From assembly GCF_011386835.1 (NCBI RefSeq), contig NC_088795.1:137392001-137456000 (forward strand): a stretch of DNA of 64,000 nucleotides, written 5' to 3'. This document shows positions 61,271 through 64,000 of this stretch, piece by piece. The notes under the pieces are model-generated. The model was not told where the DNA came from. It worked only from the letters and a program-made list of their open reading frames with translations, and made no database searches. The position numbers and the translations under genes are program-made. The stretch comes from Chrysemys picta bellii. Taxonomy: Eukaryota. Position 1 is the first letter of the stretch; each line of letters starts with the position of its first letter.

Positions 61271-63689
61271 TTGCTTCCGGCTTTTTTTCCCCCTTCAAGG
61301 AGACATTGGGGTATTTTTTTCAGCTTAGTTTGTAAAGAGATGCTAAACCCATAGCCAGCGGATGGTTGAGTTCTATGACGTACATCCGGATTGGATGGTT
61401 CTCCTGCCCCCTCCTAACTCAGAGGACTTTTCTTACTCCGCCTTTTCATTGTGTCTTGAGAATTTCAACAGCAATTCCCTATTAGCTGCTCTGCCTGTTA
61501 TTCCTTAGATCCTGTTGCCTTAGACAACCATACTTTTTGTGGGCTACAGTGACCCACCAAGTTGGCAGGAAGAAAAACCATAGGAGTGGTAGGACAGAGG
61601 AGGATACCTCTGTAGGGTTTTCCTAGCAGAGATTTCCAAGCACCAGCCTTGCTCTGGTGGGTTAGGTGAGAGCGGCAGAGCATAGAGGCCAGGTGGATTT
61701 GCAGGAAAGGACAACACCCTTCCATAGAGATGTCCATATAGATGACATCCTTGCCACTCTGCTGTGGATCACTCCTCTCCCTTGGAGTCCAGGTCCTGCA
61801 GGAGTCAGGCTTCTTATCTGCATTCCCCTGTGACAGCTTAGCATCTGCCAGGCTAGGACCCAGATGGAGGTACTGTTACTGTGAGCTCTTGCCTGGATTT
61901 CCAGCCTAGGGAATGGCAGCATGGAATACTGTATTTCCTGATCCACCCATAACTGGCTCCAAAGGGTAAGGAATGCTATGCTTTCGTCACAGAAATTCTG
62001 AGATTCCTGTGCGAAGGGCTCCTACCAATATGTAGGTCAGCTGAAAATGATCTGGGTTTGAGATTCATTTCCTTCCTCAGGCTCACTAATCTGGAATGTT
62101 TCTCCTTAGCTTTCCCCCAACCTCCACTGTGTTTCTGAATGTTACCTACAATTACATGGATGGCCTTTCTTTGCTTTTTCATTCTTAAGAACCAGTAAAC
62201 TAGAAAGCACTGGGAGTGACAGAGGTGGCAGGAATGCATATCACTGAGTTAGTTACAACTAACTTGTTGCTTCTGGAGTAAAGGGATGAAGTATCATCTC
62301 AGCCTTTCCATTTCCTATCCTCATTGCTAGTTTTCCCAGAGTTCTTGCAAGTAAATCAATACTTCCTACAGATCAGAAGAATAATTTGACATCCACAGAG
62401 ATTGTATTTCTTAAAGTTCTACTAAAGATTCCACAAATAGTCAAATTTTGGAGCCAACTGGCAAATCATATGTGCAAGGAACCAAGAAAAGGAGACAACT
62501 TGACCCTCTCAAACAGCCCAGAATGTGGTAGGCTCGGCTGTTTGAAACAGGGATTTCTGCAGAGTCAGAGTCTGTTGTTCTCTGTTTATTTTTGTCCCTC
62601 TTCAACTTCAGATTAAGCACTAGCTGAGAGGAAGCAGAGTTGAACCTGGCATTTATGAAACATGAAGGTTTCCATCAGCACTGCCCCCTAATCATTTGTG
62701 CTGCTTCACTCTGTACTACTAAAGTCTGGTCGGATTATGAAGTTCAACTGGGTACACAGTTCCTAAAATTCAGCCTCATGTAGCCAAGACTAAAGTAGTG
62801 GGGGCAAGAGGGAGTGGAGAACAGGGTTTTTAAAGTTAATTCTGCACACCAGGTAAAAGCTAGACGGTGGAGGAGTATTTCATTCCAGAGCTGTTTTTAC
62901 TCTTGTGGGGAAGAGGAGAGAAGCAGAATCCAAGCATGTTTCTATGGGCTCATCACTAGAGTCGGCAGTCTGATGCTCCTTTCGCTTGCTGTGTAGTATT
63001 TGTGAATACAATAGAGGGATCAAGTCAAATTCTTACCATTCATCTCTCTTGCCATAACCTTTAGCTATATATTATCAACTAAAGGAACTGAGGCAGATTT
63101 TGCTTCTATTAAAAATTAATCTGTTTAACTCACATGCCCCACAAAAAAATCTGAATTAAAACAAAAGTATTCATCTGTACCCAAATGTGTGGCTCTTTCC
63201 TGCGTCCCGTCAGTGATCAGCAGTAAAATAATGCTTCAGTACAGCTATGGCACAAGCATTTGAGTTTCCCCATTGATGAGATGAGGGGAGAAAATGAATG
63301 TGTAGAAATGTGATGTTGAAGAAAATAGATAATACTTTCTACAGTTTCGGTAACATTGATTTGGAGAAGGTTTTCATTCTTCTCTTGCATTTTTGGGTGC
63401 CAAGGTAGGGGACCAGGTGTTGACATGATGACTTACAGGATCTTTCCAGGATCCAAGTTCAGGTGGGTGAAGGATCCTGGAGCAGGATGTAGACAGGACA
63501 ACATAAGGAAGAACCTTATCTACCTATCCAAGGATTTCATGCTATGGGCAATTTCATAAAACAGGTCATCAAGACCTCAGACTTCAGCCAGAACTTGCCC
63601 TTCCCTCCTCGGCCACATGGCCTCATGAACACATGTGACACCCTTTGCCAGGTCCATCTCCGTTGCTTGCAAATCTGGCTTCAGTCCAT

Positions 63690-63890
63690 CTACTTACCAG
63701 CAAAAGGCAACACCGATGCCAGAGTAACAATTCCAGCCAAGGTTCTGGTCTCTGTCGTCTGGTGGACAAAGCCAGAGAAAGTTTGAGTGGGAACTCTTTC
63801 CTCACACATACGGCTGGTTACTGTGTGGTTGCAGGAGAATTGAGTGCTTCTTGCAGCACGAATTTCACTAACTGCTGCTTCTCTAGATCC
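63690..63890 (-). CDS. Candidate terminal coding exon of a convergent GPI-anchored protein (possibly GFRA4)
   Basis: Acceptor TTTCCATTCATATGTGCAG at 63891. Open frame GSREAAVSEIRAARSTQFSCNHTVTSRMCEERVPTQTFSGFVHQTTETRTLAGIVTLASVLPFAGK* has a polar spacer and hydrophobic end. GFRA4 lies tail-to-tail with ATRN in human (recalled synteny). Sequence similarity is weak, so no symbol is given. Confidence 0.35.
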   Translation of the reverse strand, partial: GSREAAVSEIRAARSTQFSCNHTVTSRMCEERVPTQTFSGFVHQTTETRTLAGIVTLASVLPFAGK

Positions 63891-64000
63891 CTGCACATAT
63901 GAATGGAAACCACCTTCCTGCCTCCTCTGAGGTGCTTGGTAATTTATTTCCAGGAGCTCCAGCAGAAATTTGTCTGCCTGAGCAAGCTCTGACTGTTCAG

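Noticed and set aside
61355-61400. Promoter-like TGACGT and ATTGG motifs
   Set aside because: Two short motifs with no CpG island or downstream exon; expected by chance.

Overview
Eukaryotic genomic DNA from a turtle (inferred from turtle-type tRNA-derived SINEs and CR1, Penelope, hAT and DIRS repeats; the species cannot be fixed from sequence alone). The window holds the last four coding exons of attractin (ATRN, + strand: 12780-12858, 36060-36167, 54298-54412, 55872-55996). These encode the end of the transmembrane helix and the whole cytoplasmic tail, followed by a probable ~5.3 kb 3' UTR ending near 61260. The 23.2 kb intron after the TM exon must use a GC donor to keep frame. The introns are dense with transposons, including a full-length Chapaev3-type DNA transposon (2131-4527) whose 559-aa transposase is broken by only a 4-bp duplication and an 18-bp in-place inversion. 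They also carry Penelope fragments with hammerhead ribozyme motifs, a multi-level nest of L2/CR1/hAT/Penelope, a decayed DIRS with an ERV-like LTR, a solo LTR, and ancient LF-SINE and AmnSINE1-like copies. Back-to-back poly(A) signals at 61232-61270 and a candidate GPI-tail exon at 63690-63890 suggest a convergent gene (possibly GFRA4, low confidence). I found no wholly new biological system; the best leads are listed as findings. Family names and orthologue comparisons come from recalled consensus motifs, not database searches. Nearly all other ORFs in the supplied track are spurious or repeat-derived.
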